This document shows, one piece after another, positions 29,839 to 44,460 of a DNA stretch of 64,000 bases. The notes under the pieces were generated by a model that worked only from the letters and a program-made list of their open reading frames with translations, did not search any database and was not told the DNA's origin. The translations under genes and the position numbers were made by a program. Source of the stretch: the human T2T-CHM13v2.0 reference genome, Homo sapiens; the NCBI RefSeq assembly GCF_009914755.1, contig NC_060940.1; one strand, 5' to 3'. Position 1 is the stretch's first letter; every line of letters begins with the position of its first letter.

Positions 29839-30638
29839 TGTAATGGTAATTTTAGGGGTCAACTTGACTGGATTAAGGAATACCTGCAGAATTAGTAAAG
29901 CCTAGGCCAGGCACAGTGGCTCACACCTGTAAACCCAGCACTTTGAGAGGCCCGAGGTAGGAGGATCACTTGAGGCCAGGAGTCAAAGCCAGAAAGTCAT
30001 GACCAGCATGGACAACAACAACTGGCTAAAAAATTAGCCAGACGTGGTGGTACACATCTGTAGTCCCAGCTACTCAGGAGGCTGAGGTGGGTGGATTATT
30101 TGAGGCCAGGAGTTCAAGTCTGCAGCAAGCTATGATCATGCCACTGCACTCCAGCCTGGGCAACAGAGCAAGACCCTGTCTCAAAAAAGAAAAAAAAAAA
30201 AAGAACTAGTAAGAAAGTACCTTGGAATGTGCCTGCGAGAGTGTTTCCGGAGGAGACTGGTGTGTGAGTCTGAGCTAAGTGAAGAAGACCCACTCTCCAT
30301 GTGGTCAGGCACCATGCAATCTGCTAGGGGCCCAGATAGAACAAAAACAGAGGAAAGGCAAACTGGTCTTTCTCTCTCCTGGACCTGGGATGCACTCTTC
30401 TCCTCCTGCCATTGAACCTCAGAACTCCCAGCTCTCCACCCTTTAGAGTCTGGGACTTAAACCCCAGCCCCCTGGGTTCTCAGGCATTTGGACTTGGACT
30501 GAGCCATGCTCCTGGCATCCTAGGGTTTCCAGCTTGCACGCAGCCTAATGGTGGGCCTTCTCAGCCTCCATAAATAAATCGCCTCTCATAGATACAATAT
30601 ATCCTGTTGACTCTGTTTCTTTGGAGAATCTTAATACA
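29839..30638 (+). mobile_element. MLT2B-like (ERVL) solo LTR, split by AluJ
   Basis: tgtaatggtaatttta..gtcaacttgactggattaaggaatacct ... ggagaatcttaataca; TSD acgag/gtgag. Confidence 0.85.
29905..30202 (+). mobile_element. AluJ
   Basis: ggaggatcacttgaggccaggag; A tail; TSD-like agaattagtaa/agaactagtaa. Confidence 0.9.
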
Positions 30639-31447
30639 GTGAGTCAAGTATTAATTTTAAATTTTCTAGTAGCCACATTCAAAAAGTTTGAAAAGTGAAA
30701 TTTAACTCAATATTCTAAAATATCTTAACACAATTGACATGAACATATTAGATTTGTATACACTATTTTGCACTAAGTCTTTGAGATTAGGTATATATTT
30801 GAGACTAACAGCCTATCTCAATTACAACTAGTAACATTTCAAGTGCTCAAATAGCCAACATGTGACATAGTGGCTACCATACTAAATAGCAGAGCTCTAG
30901 ATATATAAAAGGGACTGTAAAGGGAAGGAAGTGAAGCAGGCACGGAATGATGTGCTAACTGGGCAGGAACAGCAGAAGACAAGTGCCCAGATCCCCTTCA
31001 TGTCTCCCTCCTTTCTGTCCCCATCTCCTCCTATGGGGGTTTTCCAAAGCCCCAGGCTTCACCCACTGCCCTTGTCTCTTTAGACGTTTTCTCTTGGGTG
31101 AGCTGAATCATTCATTCACTTATTCATTCAATAAACCTTTCCTGGGTGCCTACGATGTGCCAAGTACCCTGCTAGGTGCTGAGGTTTTAAGGACAAATAA
31201 GATAAATACACATCAATGCACACTCGGGGTATGCGTTGTGCTACAGTGGAGGATGCTAACGGGCATGTGTTCAGGCATAGGAGTATGGGGCAGGGGCAAG
31301 GAGAGGGGAGGAAGGTGGCTTACAGCTCAAATGTTATCTCCTAGAAGGATTTTTCCTGACTCTTCAATATAGAGCAAAGGTCCTTACCCCCTCCCTAGGC
31401 ATCCACTATTGCATCACCTTCTTTCATTTTCTTTAGAGCACGTATAC

Positions 31448-31681
31448 CTCGGCTCACTGCAAGTTCCGCCTCCCAGGTTCACGCGATTCTCCTGCCTCAG
31501 CCTCCTGAGTAGCTGGGACTACAGGTGAGTGCCCCACCATGCCCGGCTAATTTTTGTATTTTTAGTAGAGACAGGGTTTCACCATGCTGGTTAGGCTGGT
31601 CTCGAACCCCTCACCTCATGATCCACTCACCTCAGCCTCCCAAAGTGCTGGGATTACAGGCGTGAGCCACCGCGCCCTGCC
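31448..31681 (-). mobile_element. Alu (Sc/Y-like) missing its 3' ~50 nt and tail
   Basis: Begins at ctcggctcactgcaagttccgcctccc and ends at cgcgccctgcc. Confidence 0.9.
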
Positions 31682-31769
31682 AACAAAACCAGTCTTTAGC
31701 ACGCTGTAATGTGACGGAATGTGGCACTCTTGCTTCTGCCTTAAGAGTTCTTTGGAACGAGGCTAGGTA

Positions 31770-32250
31770 GACACCGTCCTAGCTTGCATTCCCCTGAAAT
31801 CAAGCCCTGAGCCACCAAAGACTTGAGCACAGGTAGTTTATTCAAGGGATGATCCAGGAGATACAATTGCAGGAATGGGGGAAAATGAGACAGGAAAGAC
31901 AGAAAAGCCCAAAAAGCTATGTTCACAAGAACTACTGCCGTGGACGACTGCAACTCAGTTCCACTGGGGACCCTGTGAGCTGCCGTGTCGATCAGAAGTG
32001 CTCCTGCAAGGGATGGGAAGGAAGGTGGGAGCACTCATCCGCTGACTTCTGTCTCTCAGTCGCTGAGGTCACTCCTGGGAAAGTTAAATCACCAGCTTCC
32101 GGGCAGCCCTGCATGGAGCTGGAGAAAGCTCACAGGCAGAAAAGCAGAGACACACAGAACTGGACACTGTCACTGTGCACAGGAACCAGCCACGGTAGCC
32201 ACAAATGACTCAGCTGCCAGTCAAGGGGACACAGGGCACGGTGTCAGCTG
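31770..32250 (-). mobile_element. ERVL LTR (LTR33/LTR16-like)
   Basis: agccctgag..aaagacttgagcacaggtagtttatt..gatgatcc.aggag motif. Confidence 0.55.
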
Positions 32251-33196
32251 CATTTGCCACGTCGTTCATTCATCTTCCTGAACCATCACAGCCAGGCCAA
32301 AGGCCCTTAAATCTGGTTTCTACTAGGGGTCCTATCAGCATCTCCTGATGGACTTGGGATTGATGTTACTTACACCCTTCTATCTCAAAGACCTGTTCTT
32401 CAAATGGGAGATGATGTTGACTTTTACCATAAGGTGCAAGGAGGCAGAGAGATGTGACTGAGCTCTTATGTTTGATGGGGCTCAGGTCAGGGGTCACAAA
32501 TGCAAATGCCTTCAATGGCTTTGGCTTTATGAGTATCATAAACAGGGATAAAGGCACAGTGAGAGTGATCCTGATGGCTCCAAGGGCAGGGTAAGAGGAG
32601 CCACAAAAGTGGCAAGGTGGGGAGCGTTGAGGGAGGGTGGGTGGGGGTCTTGCCAAAGGCGCACAGTTCTGGAGCTGCCACTTAACTCCTGCCAATTCCA
32701 GTCATTCAACCGACACCGAGTGTCTAGCAACACACCACAAACCAGGCTAAATATTCATCATACAGCTATTCACGATCCCAACCCTGGGGAATGAGAAGCA
32801 AAATTGTATGATAAACGCTCAAGAAGGAAGTCCTTCACCAAGCCTGAAGTCTATTCTTAAAAATCTATTTTATAGTGGAACTGACATGTAAAACACCTTA
32901 TAGAAGTTTACATATGGAAAAATAAGGTCAGAGAACAAAAGTACCAAGTTAACCTATGAGCACCCTTATAAATATTTCTTATCACTTCTAACTTACTAAT
33001 AACTAAGTCCCCCAAAAATGTTTAACTTGCAGATCACAGATGGGTCAAACTTTAAACTCAGATAGTTCAACCATAAAGCCTACACTCCTCATGCAAAATC
33101 AATGAAACGTGATTAAAATGCAACAAAGATAGAACATTAAATGAACCGAGTATGAACTATATTTCATGTAGCAAAAATATATAATAGAGGTTACCA

Positions 33197-33572
33197 TATT
33201 GTTAATTTCTGGTACAGAACAAACCACCTCAGAACTTAGTGACTTACTACAAACATTTATTATTTCTCATGACTCTGATCTGGGCTGTGATCTGGCCACA
33301 GCTAAATGAGATGAGATGGCTTCACTCATGTCTGTAGCCTCAGCTGGATGGCCTAGATGGTTGGCATCTCATTCTCCAAGAGGGTGGCTGGGCTTGGTCA
33401 CATGGGGACAGAAGGGTTCCCAGCAACTAGACGTGTTAATCCTAATCACAAGTAATTTTCCAGCCTCTGAATCATCTGTATTATCCCAAAAGCAAGGCAC
33501 ATAGTCAAGACTAGAGTCAGTACAGAAATAGAGCTGGGGAGGCAAGAACAAATTGGGAGTAATCTACCATAT
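33197..33572 (-). mobile_element. MLT1G/H-like LTR
   Basis: aacaaaccacctcagaacttagtgactta..catttattatttctcatgactctg..atggcttcactcatgtctg. Confidence 0.65.
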
Positions 33573-34269
33573 AATTCTCTTTTGAGTTCTATGAAATACT
33601 TGCCAATTCATTTTGCTTTGCAGCAGACGCATGAACTTTATTCCATGTCAGTCATTCATCCAAATATTCAATCCCTTCCCAATTTTATAACTCAGAATAA
33701 ATTCTTTCCAGGTCCCACAGAGTAATCAAGTTACAGAATGACTGCACTAAGAAGGTGATGAGGAAGAGAAATAGGAAGAAGAAGGGGAAGAAGATGAGGA
33801 AGCAGAGAAGGAGCTACCGCTGCTGCTACTACTGCAGGTAACATTTATGTAACCTACTCAGCATGGTGTGTATTTCTGAACCTCCTCACAACCCTCAGGA
33901 ATTGTCCTCCCCGGCTGATTCTGTGCCCTCCTCCCACAGCACCAGGGATGCGGCGTTAAGACACAGGGTACACCCTCCTCAGCTTCCCTTATGTCTTCTG
34001 AGTTATACTGTTCACACTTCCTACTCCCAAGCCCCAGTTTCCACTCTTTCAAATACCAGTAACAAGAATGACTCACAGTTCATATACTGGAAATGCTCAC
34101 GGTTGCTAGGAGTGATACAGAAGTATAACTCTTATACTAGAACTTTCCAAAGGGAAATGAGAAGGGATGTGTACACAGACTGCTTTAAGAGCAAGGTGGA
34201 AAAGCTGCTCAATGTGCCGGGGAAGGGAGGACAGGACTCTCGGGCAGGTTTCATGACCCGGGTGAAACA

Positions 34270-34410
34270 AGTCGCACCAGTGTGTGACTTTGGCCAGTGA
34301 CGCCTTTCTGTGCTCCAGTTTTCTCACCTGAAAAGTAGAGATGATCAGTAATAGGAGGTAATACACTGAAAGCATTTGTCCCAGCCCCTGAAAACAGCAA
34401 CGTAGCTGAC
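34270..34410 (+). mobile_element. MIR fragment
   Basis: gtgtgactttggccagtgac..ctgtgctccagttttctcacctgaaaa. Confidence 0.65.
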
Positions 34411-34879
34411 AAACACCAGGAACTACTACACTTCACTCTGAACTGCACATGGTTTCACATTTAAGTGCCTCCAATTGAAACATCCTTCAATACATACCAA
34501 AAGAAACTTGATGGTCAGACTAAAGGGTGAGCTGCCATCAATATCTTCCCAGGCTGTTTGTGCACCACGTTCATACACAGAACCCTCCGGCAAGGTCCCT
34601 AAGCCTAGGTAGCAACTTCTATCCAGCAGCTTCCCAGGCAGGGAAGGATCTCTCTTCCCTTTCCTTCCTCCTCTCTTCCCGTGGCAAAATCCTCTAATAC
34701 ATCCATTTTAAGAAAGCAAAAGCTAGGAAGGAAATCATTAGCGCACGCATGCACATGTGCGCGCGCACACACTTCTCTCTCTCTCTGTTTTCTGCCCGTA
34801 CCTCCAACCTCCCAAGGCAAAGGAGAACAAAGAGGCCTGGTTACCATCCCTGCAAGAGTATAGGGAAAAGGTCTCAACT

Positions 34880-35270
34880 AACTATGAACTGAGTGCTTAG
34901 ATCCCTCCAAAATTCATATATTGAAATTCTAATCCCCAATGTGATGGTATTTGCAGATAGGGGTCTTTGGGAGGTGATTAGGTCATGAGTGTGGGGCCCT
35001 AATGAATGGGATTAGTGCTCTTATAAGGAATCGTGACAGCATGCCTCCTTCCCTTCCCCTCTCTTCCCCTCCATCCATCCCCCCTCCACCGTGTGAGGAA
35101 CAATGAAAAGACATCTGTCTGCAAACCAGGAAGTGAGCCCTCACCGGACACCAGATCTGTAAGCACCTTGATATTGGACTCCCCAGCCTTGAGAACTGTA
35201 AGAAATATGTGTTTACTGTTTAAGCCACCCACTCTATAATTTGTTACAGATGCTCTAGCTGACTAAAACA
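34880..35270 (+). mobile_element. MLT1A/MSTD-type solo LTR
   Basis: ccaaaattcatat..gaaattctaatccccaatgtgatggtatt...gaatgggattagtgctcttataa...gactaaaaca. Confidence 0.85.
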
Positions 35271-35456
35271 AAAAACAAAACAAAACAAAATCCAAATTGA
35301 TTTCTCAAATGTTATTACTGCCCAGGACAAGCCAAGGAGTTTGGACGGCATCCCATGGATGACTGGGGATGATTGCAATGTTTATGCAGGGCATGAACCC
35401 ATGCATGTTTGCTTTGAAAAACTATCATGTGTAGCAGTGGGTTGAGAAAGTCTAGA

Positions 35457-35635
35457 GCAGTGGTTCTCAAAATGGGATCCCCAGACCGCGACATCAGCAT
35501 CACCTGGGAAACTTGTTAGAAGCAATTCTCAGGCTCTACCTCAGACCTGCTGAGTCAGAAACCATGAGTGGGACCCAGATGCTATTTAACAAGCTCTCCA
35601 GGTGATTCCGATGCGCTGAAGGCGGAGAACCCAGG
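35457..35635. mobile_element. MER5A
   Basis: cagtggttctcaaa..catcagcatcacctgggaaacttgttaga..ctccaggtgattc. Confidence 0.85.
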
Positions 35636-35707
35636 GTGTAGAAGCAGGTAGGCCAGAGGGAGTTGTACGGTGCATCTCTGATTAAGACATCTTATCTCTG
35701 CTCCTGA

Positions 35708-36066
<359 letters not shown>

Positions 36067-36746
36067 TGAGAGCAAAGAAAACAAGTAGGGAGAACACACA
36101 CAAAAATGAAAGATGTCATACAAGTGTGGAAGGTGGAAGGAAAATGGAACAGTGAATAGCACTGTAGGAGCTGAAACAAGGGTCTGCAGAAGCCAAGAGA
36201 GGGAAGTGAGATGAGCCATCCCTCAGCTCCCTGGAGAGGTGCAAGAATTGGTGATGAAGAGGTTCCTAAAGAGAAGTCATCTTTTAGCATCTGCCCAGTG
36301 TATGGAACTTGGGAAAGGAGAGAGATCACAAAAAACAAGCTTTAGAAAGCTTTGCTCAGGGTCTGTCTATGCAAAATCCTCTATCGTGACCTCTCCAGGA
36401 AACGTATCGTGAATAAAGCTACTGGAAATACAACATGTGAGATGGAAAACTGTGCAAACAGAAGAAAGTTTTTCTAGAAATGCTTGTTTCAAAATATACC
36501 TAAAACATGTTAATTTGTTTTTAATTCTTTTATCATAGACTGCATAATATTTATTTGAATTCAGTTTTGCTCAGGTGATAGATCATGTAGGTTTCCTGTT
36601 ATATCCACTCCAATTACCTTGGGTTATGCCTAAGATCAGCAGTAAATAGGACTGAGGACCCAGCTGGGGAAGTCTCCAGTTTGCCTTAGGCTTAGGGGTA
36701 CACAGATGATCATAGAACATATAAAAGACTTATATGGTGTCTTCTC

Positions 36747-36840
36747 CAGGGGTGGATTCAAGTTTTGTGAAGCCGAAAGCTTACAGAATTTGTTAAGAAA
36801 AAAGAATACAAAATTATGAATACAAACTGCCCCAGGCCCC
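36747..36840 (-). mobile_element. hAT-Tip100 (Zaphod/MER115-like) terminal fragment
   Basis: caggggtggattcaagttttgtgaagcc..aagaaaaaagaatacaaaattatgaatacaaa; approximate reverse complement of 51500-51591. Confidence 0.6.
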
Positions 36841-36997
36841 TCAATGTAATTTGAATAAAAACATTTAAAGACATGCAAGACCTAAAATGATTTAGCTCCT
36901 GTTCACTGGTTCTCAGGAAGCTATTGGAAGTTATGCTCCAACACAAGAAAGGAAACCTAGATGGAGGGAGACACAGGATCTAGAAAACGGGATGACC

Positions 36998-38112
36998 CAG
37001 TGAGATATCACTTTATACCATCTAGAATGGCTAACATTAAAAAGTCAGATAATAACAAGTGCTGGTGAGGATGTGGAGAAATCAGAACCCTCCTACACAG
37101 CTGGTGGGAATGCAAAATGGAGCATGCTCTATGGGAAGCAGTCTTGCAGTTCTTCAAAAGATTAAACAGATTGCCATATGACATAGCAATTCCACTCCTT
37201 TGTGTATACCCGAGAAAACTGAAAATATAACTCTACACAAAAACTTGTACACAGATGTTCATAGCAGCATTATTCATAGTAGCCAAAATGTAGAAACAAC
37301 CTCAACGTCCATCAACTGATGAACGGATAAACAAAATGTGGTATATCTACACAATGGAATATTATTCAGCCATAAAAAGGAATGAAGTGCTGATACATGC
37401 TACAACATGGATGAACCTCGAAAACATGATACTAAGTGAAAGAAGCCAGGCAAAATAGCACATATTATTATTCCATTTATATGCAATGTCCAGAATAGTC
37501 AAATCCATGCAGATAGAAAATAGGTGATTGTCAGGTGGCGGGGACATCACAGGGAGTGGAACGGAGCAGAGGAGTGATCACTAAAGAGTACACAGTTTCT
37601 TTTTGAGGTGATGAAAATGTTCTCAAATTGACTGTGGTAATGGTTGAATGTACCTGTGAACAAATTTTAAAAATTACTTAATTGTGCACTTTAAATGGGT
37701 GAATTACCATGGAATACTATGCAGTTATAAAAAGAATGAAATCATGTCCTTTAAAGCAACATGGATGCAGTTGGAGGGCCATTATCCCAAGCAAATTAAC
37801 GCAGGCACAGAAAACTCAATTCCCCATCTTCTCGCTTATAGGTGGGAGCTAAACATTGGGTACTCAGGGACATAAAGATAAGAACAATAGGAACGGGGGG
37901 CCTGTGGGGGAGGCAGGGGGAGGAAGAAGGTTTGCAAAGCTAACTATTGTGTACTATGCTCACTACCTGGGTGATGGGATCAGTCATACCCTACGCCTCA
38001 GCATCATATGATATATCCATGTAATAAACTCACATGTACCCCTAATAGTTGAAATTATAAAAAGAAGTTAAAAATGAGTGAATTATATGGTATGTGACTA
38101 TGTCATAATAAA
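36998..38112 (+). mobile_element. L1MB-type 3' end interrupted by L1PB
   Basis: aaaaacttgtacacagatgttcatagcagcattattcat; acatgctacaacatggatgaacctcgaaaacat; tctcaaattgactgtggtaatggttg. Confidence 0.88.
37707..38070 (+). mobile_element. L1PB4-like 3' end nested in L1MB
   Basis: ggagctaaacattgggtact..tactatgctcactacctgggtgatgggatc; TSD aaatgggtgaatta / aaatgagtgaatta. Confidence 0.85.
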
Positions 38113-40357
38113 GCAGGAGGAGGGAATGGAGGATGGCAGGGAGAGAACGATGGAGACAAGGAAGCCAAGAGAAACAGAGTAGCAGGGGTGAGTGACACCA
38201 GGACACGAGAGAATGTAATTGACACGGCACATCCCTCCCTCCCTCCCTCCCTCTCTCCTTCCTTCTTTCCCTCCCTCCCACTGCTACTCTAACATTTGCA
38301 AAAGCATCTCAACACAGTCTCCCTGAAACATGTTACTCTGCACACCACCAAAATCCAAACCCCCTCCCCATGGCCCCGAGTCTAAGGAAATTCCTAAAAA
38401 GGTAGTGAACGCAAGTCCCTGAGCTCCCAGGCTGAGCATCTGGCCTAGAAAACAACTGGCTCAGGTAGGGCCAAGAGAAAGGCCAAGGCCAGGAGAACCA
38501 CCTCCCTCCTAGCCCCCACTCCTTCCCCAGCCATCACCATCACAAAGCCACTAGACCTATTGACATGTTTGGCCATGTTCAGAGGAGTTTAGTAGCTCTG
38601 AAAGAAAGCTGGTGGAAAGATTTAGTGACACATTCCCCAGAAACAAGCACAAAACAACAACAAAACAGTTAATATCTCTAGGAAAAACAAAGTGTAGCCC
38701 CAGAAAGGAAATCCAATTGCTGAACATTGTATGGCTCAGTTGAGAACAATATTTATGTAGTTAATATAAGCATTAAGTCTTATTGTCACCAAAATTATGG
38801 CACCACTATATTTGGAGAAGAAAGAAATGAGTGGGTATCAGATGGGGAGGTGAATAGTTTAATAAGGCTAAAAACTCATCTTCCTGTTGCAAAATCAAGG
38901 ATAATGTCTAAAAGTTGGCCAGAGAAAGTGGGGAGCAGTAGCGATGTATAACAATGATTGAGGAGAAAAATCCTGAACAAAATAGCTAAAAGAGTTGGAA
39001 ACAGCTGCCTTCAAGAGGTTTAAATGGGGAACGCAGAACTACTTACAGCTGAACAAATTTATAATCCTAAAAACACAGAGTTAGGCTCTTAAAAAACTGT
39101 ATTCATTATACTCTGGGAATCCAACTAGGAGCCATAACTGGTGGCTTTATTAGCATTTAGTTACAAAACAATAATTACAAGGCATCCTGTAATGGTCACA
39201 CATGAAAACATCAGGGAGCAAAAACATTACCCAACTGTTTTCCCACACGTATCTCTCAGGAATTTGCTTTTCCAACTTTGTTGCTTATAGTGGCAACTTT
39301 GGAATGTTTAATCCAGAAATCACAGGACTACCAAAGTTAACACATTTTTCAGAGGCTACCTGCACACCTCTGAGTCTAAATAAGAATCCTGGATACGTCT
39401 GAAGTTTGTGCTAAGATTTCGCCACTGCAAACTTTCATTGCTTATCAGAGCATGAATCTCAGGAGGCTATTCCAATAAGAATAAAGAACTTGACAACTGC
39501 CTAAAAGATTAAATTTCACAATATTAATACTCAACACTCATTGCAAGTTTTAAAGAGAGCAAATATCCTTCACTGCAACTCACAGAAATTTCTCATCAAA
39601 AACAATGAATTTCTGTCAGTGTGCAGAACCATAAACCTTCATAATACTATCAACTCTTTAGGGTGATGCAGTATTTAATTTAAGAAACTTCTGTCCTAGA
39701 AGGATGGAAAAATTCTTAAACTCACCCTTCAAAGGTCTTTCTTTTCCCCTGGAAGACAAGGAGGTAACGCTCTTCTTCCTCTTCCTGGCTTTGAAATACC
39801 ATACTTAAGTTCTCCTAGAGATAAGTGCTTGATACCTCTTCTCCAGTTTGCAACAATTACTAAAATATGTGGAATTAAACACAAGTGTGTTTCGTGACAG
39901 TAAATGCAAGCTGGAAATGGTACAGATGAAAGCAATAACTATCAGCAGTTAGTTCTTTTCCCCCTTTTGTGGGTGCAGAAAGAGAAACGACAAAGTCAGT
40001 CTTTTCATTCAGATTACCTCCAGCGAGTTTAGCCATCAAGAATTGGTGCCATTAAGTGAAATTCTCCTCGTTAACTTGAGTTAGTTACAGTTTGGAAATC
40101 ATAAGACATATTACTCTCATCGAAAGCCATCAATGACCACTTAAGCATTAAATTGGAAAAAAAAATGGTTTGAGAAGGGTGTACTGTATCCATTCCCTCT
40201 AAATAGGTGCAAATCCTAATTCTTCAACTATTAAATAACAGTTGAAAACCAGATCCACGACAGGAGTTTCAGAGGTGCAAGTGAACACCAGGGAAAATAC
40301 TGTGAACGGCAGCTTTTCTGACACCTATTTGCAATCAGAGAACGACTCTTTCAGACA

Positions 40358-40543
40358 AGAGGTGCTCCCACTTTCGTGTGTGTCAGGATCACTGTGGGCT
40401 TTTTAAAACACACGGGCCTGGGGCCCACCCCAGAGTTTCTGATTACTTAGTTCTAAGGCAGCTGGGTAATTGGCATGTCTAAGAGGTATCCCAGGTGATA
40501 GCGATGTTACTGATCCGGAGAAAAACACTTTTGAGAAACACAG
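40358..40543. mobile_element. MER5A-like
   Basis: gggcccaccccagagtttctgatt..cccaggtgat..cacttttgagaa. Confidence 0.7.
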
Positions 40544-41593
40544 CTTTAGATAAATATCTATTTTAGATACATAATCTTAATCCAGCTCTAATGAGCTTTC
40601 AAAGTAATTAAGTCATAGGAATGATTTGCTTTAAAATCTTTTATAAGACAATTCAGACAAATTTTCATGAGCATAAGGATGAGTATGGCTTAAAATCCTT
40701 ATTTTCAAATGTCATTTTTTGTGAATCATTTTCAGAAAATGAGTCATTACTTAGTTATATATTTCTGCAAACACATGTATTTAAATATCAGAGATCAAAA
40801 CCGGAAAACTATGTCATTCAGTAACTAATATCTAATTATAAATGGCATACTCATTATAATGAATACAGTGAATTTGGATTATGTCTGAGACTAGAAGTAT
40901 AGCTGCTGGTACTTATGGCTTACTAAATGATCATCTTTTCTCTTCCATAATGAAAAAAACTGTTGTGATTATTCAAATATTGTACTTGTGGAATAATCAC
41001 TGTAACTCTTGCAGCTTGCAAACTGTGACATTTACATCCTGAATTAGTATTCAAGGCAAGCCTTTAAAGAAGTAAATTAACTCTCTCCAACACCATGTCT
41101 GTCTTTAAAAAACTGCCTCCAGGCAAATTTTTGTGACTATTTACCATAATGTGGTGGGTAGTCGTGCTTCAGATATGAATAACTGAAAGTAGCAGAAATA
41201 CATGAAACACCCCATCAACTCACCAGGCATTTTTCAATGAAAACAAGCCATTTTCCTAAACTAACTATGTTTTGAACTATGTCTATTTTCACTTATAAAT
41301 AATTCCAGATTAAAACAAAGATGAAGAGTGAAATCCGCTTATAAGTAGAAAATGAACATTCTCATTAGTTAAGAGTTCAGCCCACCTGAACTAAATCTTT
41401 GCTGAGTCCTCTTCCTGTTCTTTACTCTTTCTCACTTTTTACCTGTCTCGGGTGTTTTCTAAAACCCCTACCTGACTTTTCCAGTCCATTTCATGACCTC
41501 TATTCAGAATGAAGCATCATCCCACTAATACTTTGGGATGTGGTCTCTTTCCATAAATGAATTTGGGAAATTTGACTATTTGGAGATTGATTA

Positions 41594-41891
<298 letters not shown>

Positions 41892-42121
41892 ATAAAAGAA
41901 TGATGGTACAACCAAAGAAAAGAAAATGATGAAAGATTTGCAGTTCTCATTTTGCTCTGACTTTGGATTTAGGAACCTCAGAGACCTGTATGTCCAAATA
42001 CCACCTGGAGTAAAACTCACTAAATGAAAGAGGAAACTAAAGAGGAAAGTCGGGAAAGAGCTATGGCTCCACAGATGATTTTGACAGAATAAATATGCAA
42101 TCCTGTGCCCTCACTTTTATA

Positions 42122-42192
42122 TTAGGTTGGTGCAAAAGTAATTGCCATTGAAAGTCATGGCAAACACTGCAATTACTTTTGCACCAGCCTAA
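42122..42192. mobile_element. MADE1 (Hsmar1-derived palindromic MITE) with a small deletion
   Basis: ta-ttaggttggtgcaaaagtaattgc...gcaattacttttgcaccagcctaa-ta; TA TSD. Confidence 0.95.
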
Positions 42193-42401
42193 TAACACTT
42201 AACCAGAGCGATGAATTTTTTACGTGTGTGTGCAGGAAACGCATGACCACGTGAGACACTTCCCCTCTAGCTTTTCTCTTTAGCTTTTCATCTGGTGATG
42301 TGCATATAAACACGCTCACTTCACTGCTTATTTACAGTTTCAACTGCCTTCTATCCGCTGACCTTTAGCCAGAATTTTATATAAATATATGTATATATAT
42401 C

Positions 42402-42585
<184 letters not shown>

Positions 42586-42624
42586 TAAATTATGCATAGT
42601 TTTAACTGCTATGACTCCAGCATT

Positions 42625-43829
<1,205 letters not shown>

Positions 43830-43882
43830 TGAAGCAAATGGAAGCAATAATCAATTCTATTTTGAATTTATACATCATTTTT

Positions 43883-44184
<302 letters not shown>

Positions 44185-44390
44185 TAAGTCATTTTAAAAA
44201 GACATAATCGTGAAAGAATATGTGAAGTTGTTTTTCTCGTATTTCATACTCAAAAAGGTAAAAAAAAAAAAAAAGTGAAGTATGAGAATAATATACCAAA
44301 GACAGTGCTTAAATCTCCTCTCCTGAACAGTTTTTAGAAAATTCCTATGTAGCAATGAGACAGATTTTGGCCTATGGTAAGGAAGAACAT

Positions 44391-44460
44391 ATTAGGGGGA
44401 ACCATATGAAATTGCCATTTTATAGGTCAAAAGTGAATGCATGCTAGCAATATCATATAT
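44391..44460. mobile_element. MADE2-like MITE, degenerate
   Basis: ttag..gaaccatatgaaattgcc.ttttataggtcaaaa...gcaatatcatat. Confidence 0.65.

Larger units (their letters stand above)
29809..30893 (+). mobile_element. MER33 (hAT-Charlie), split by an MLT2 LTR
   Basis: aatataacacgag|...|aattttaaattttctagtagccacatt...catttcaagtgctcaaatagcc...tagtggctacc. Confidence 0.8.
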
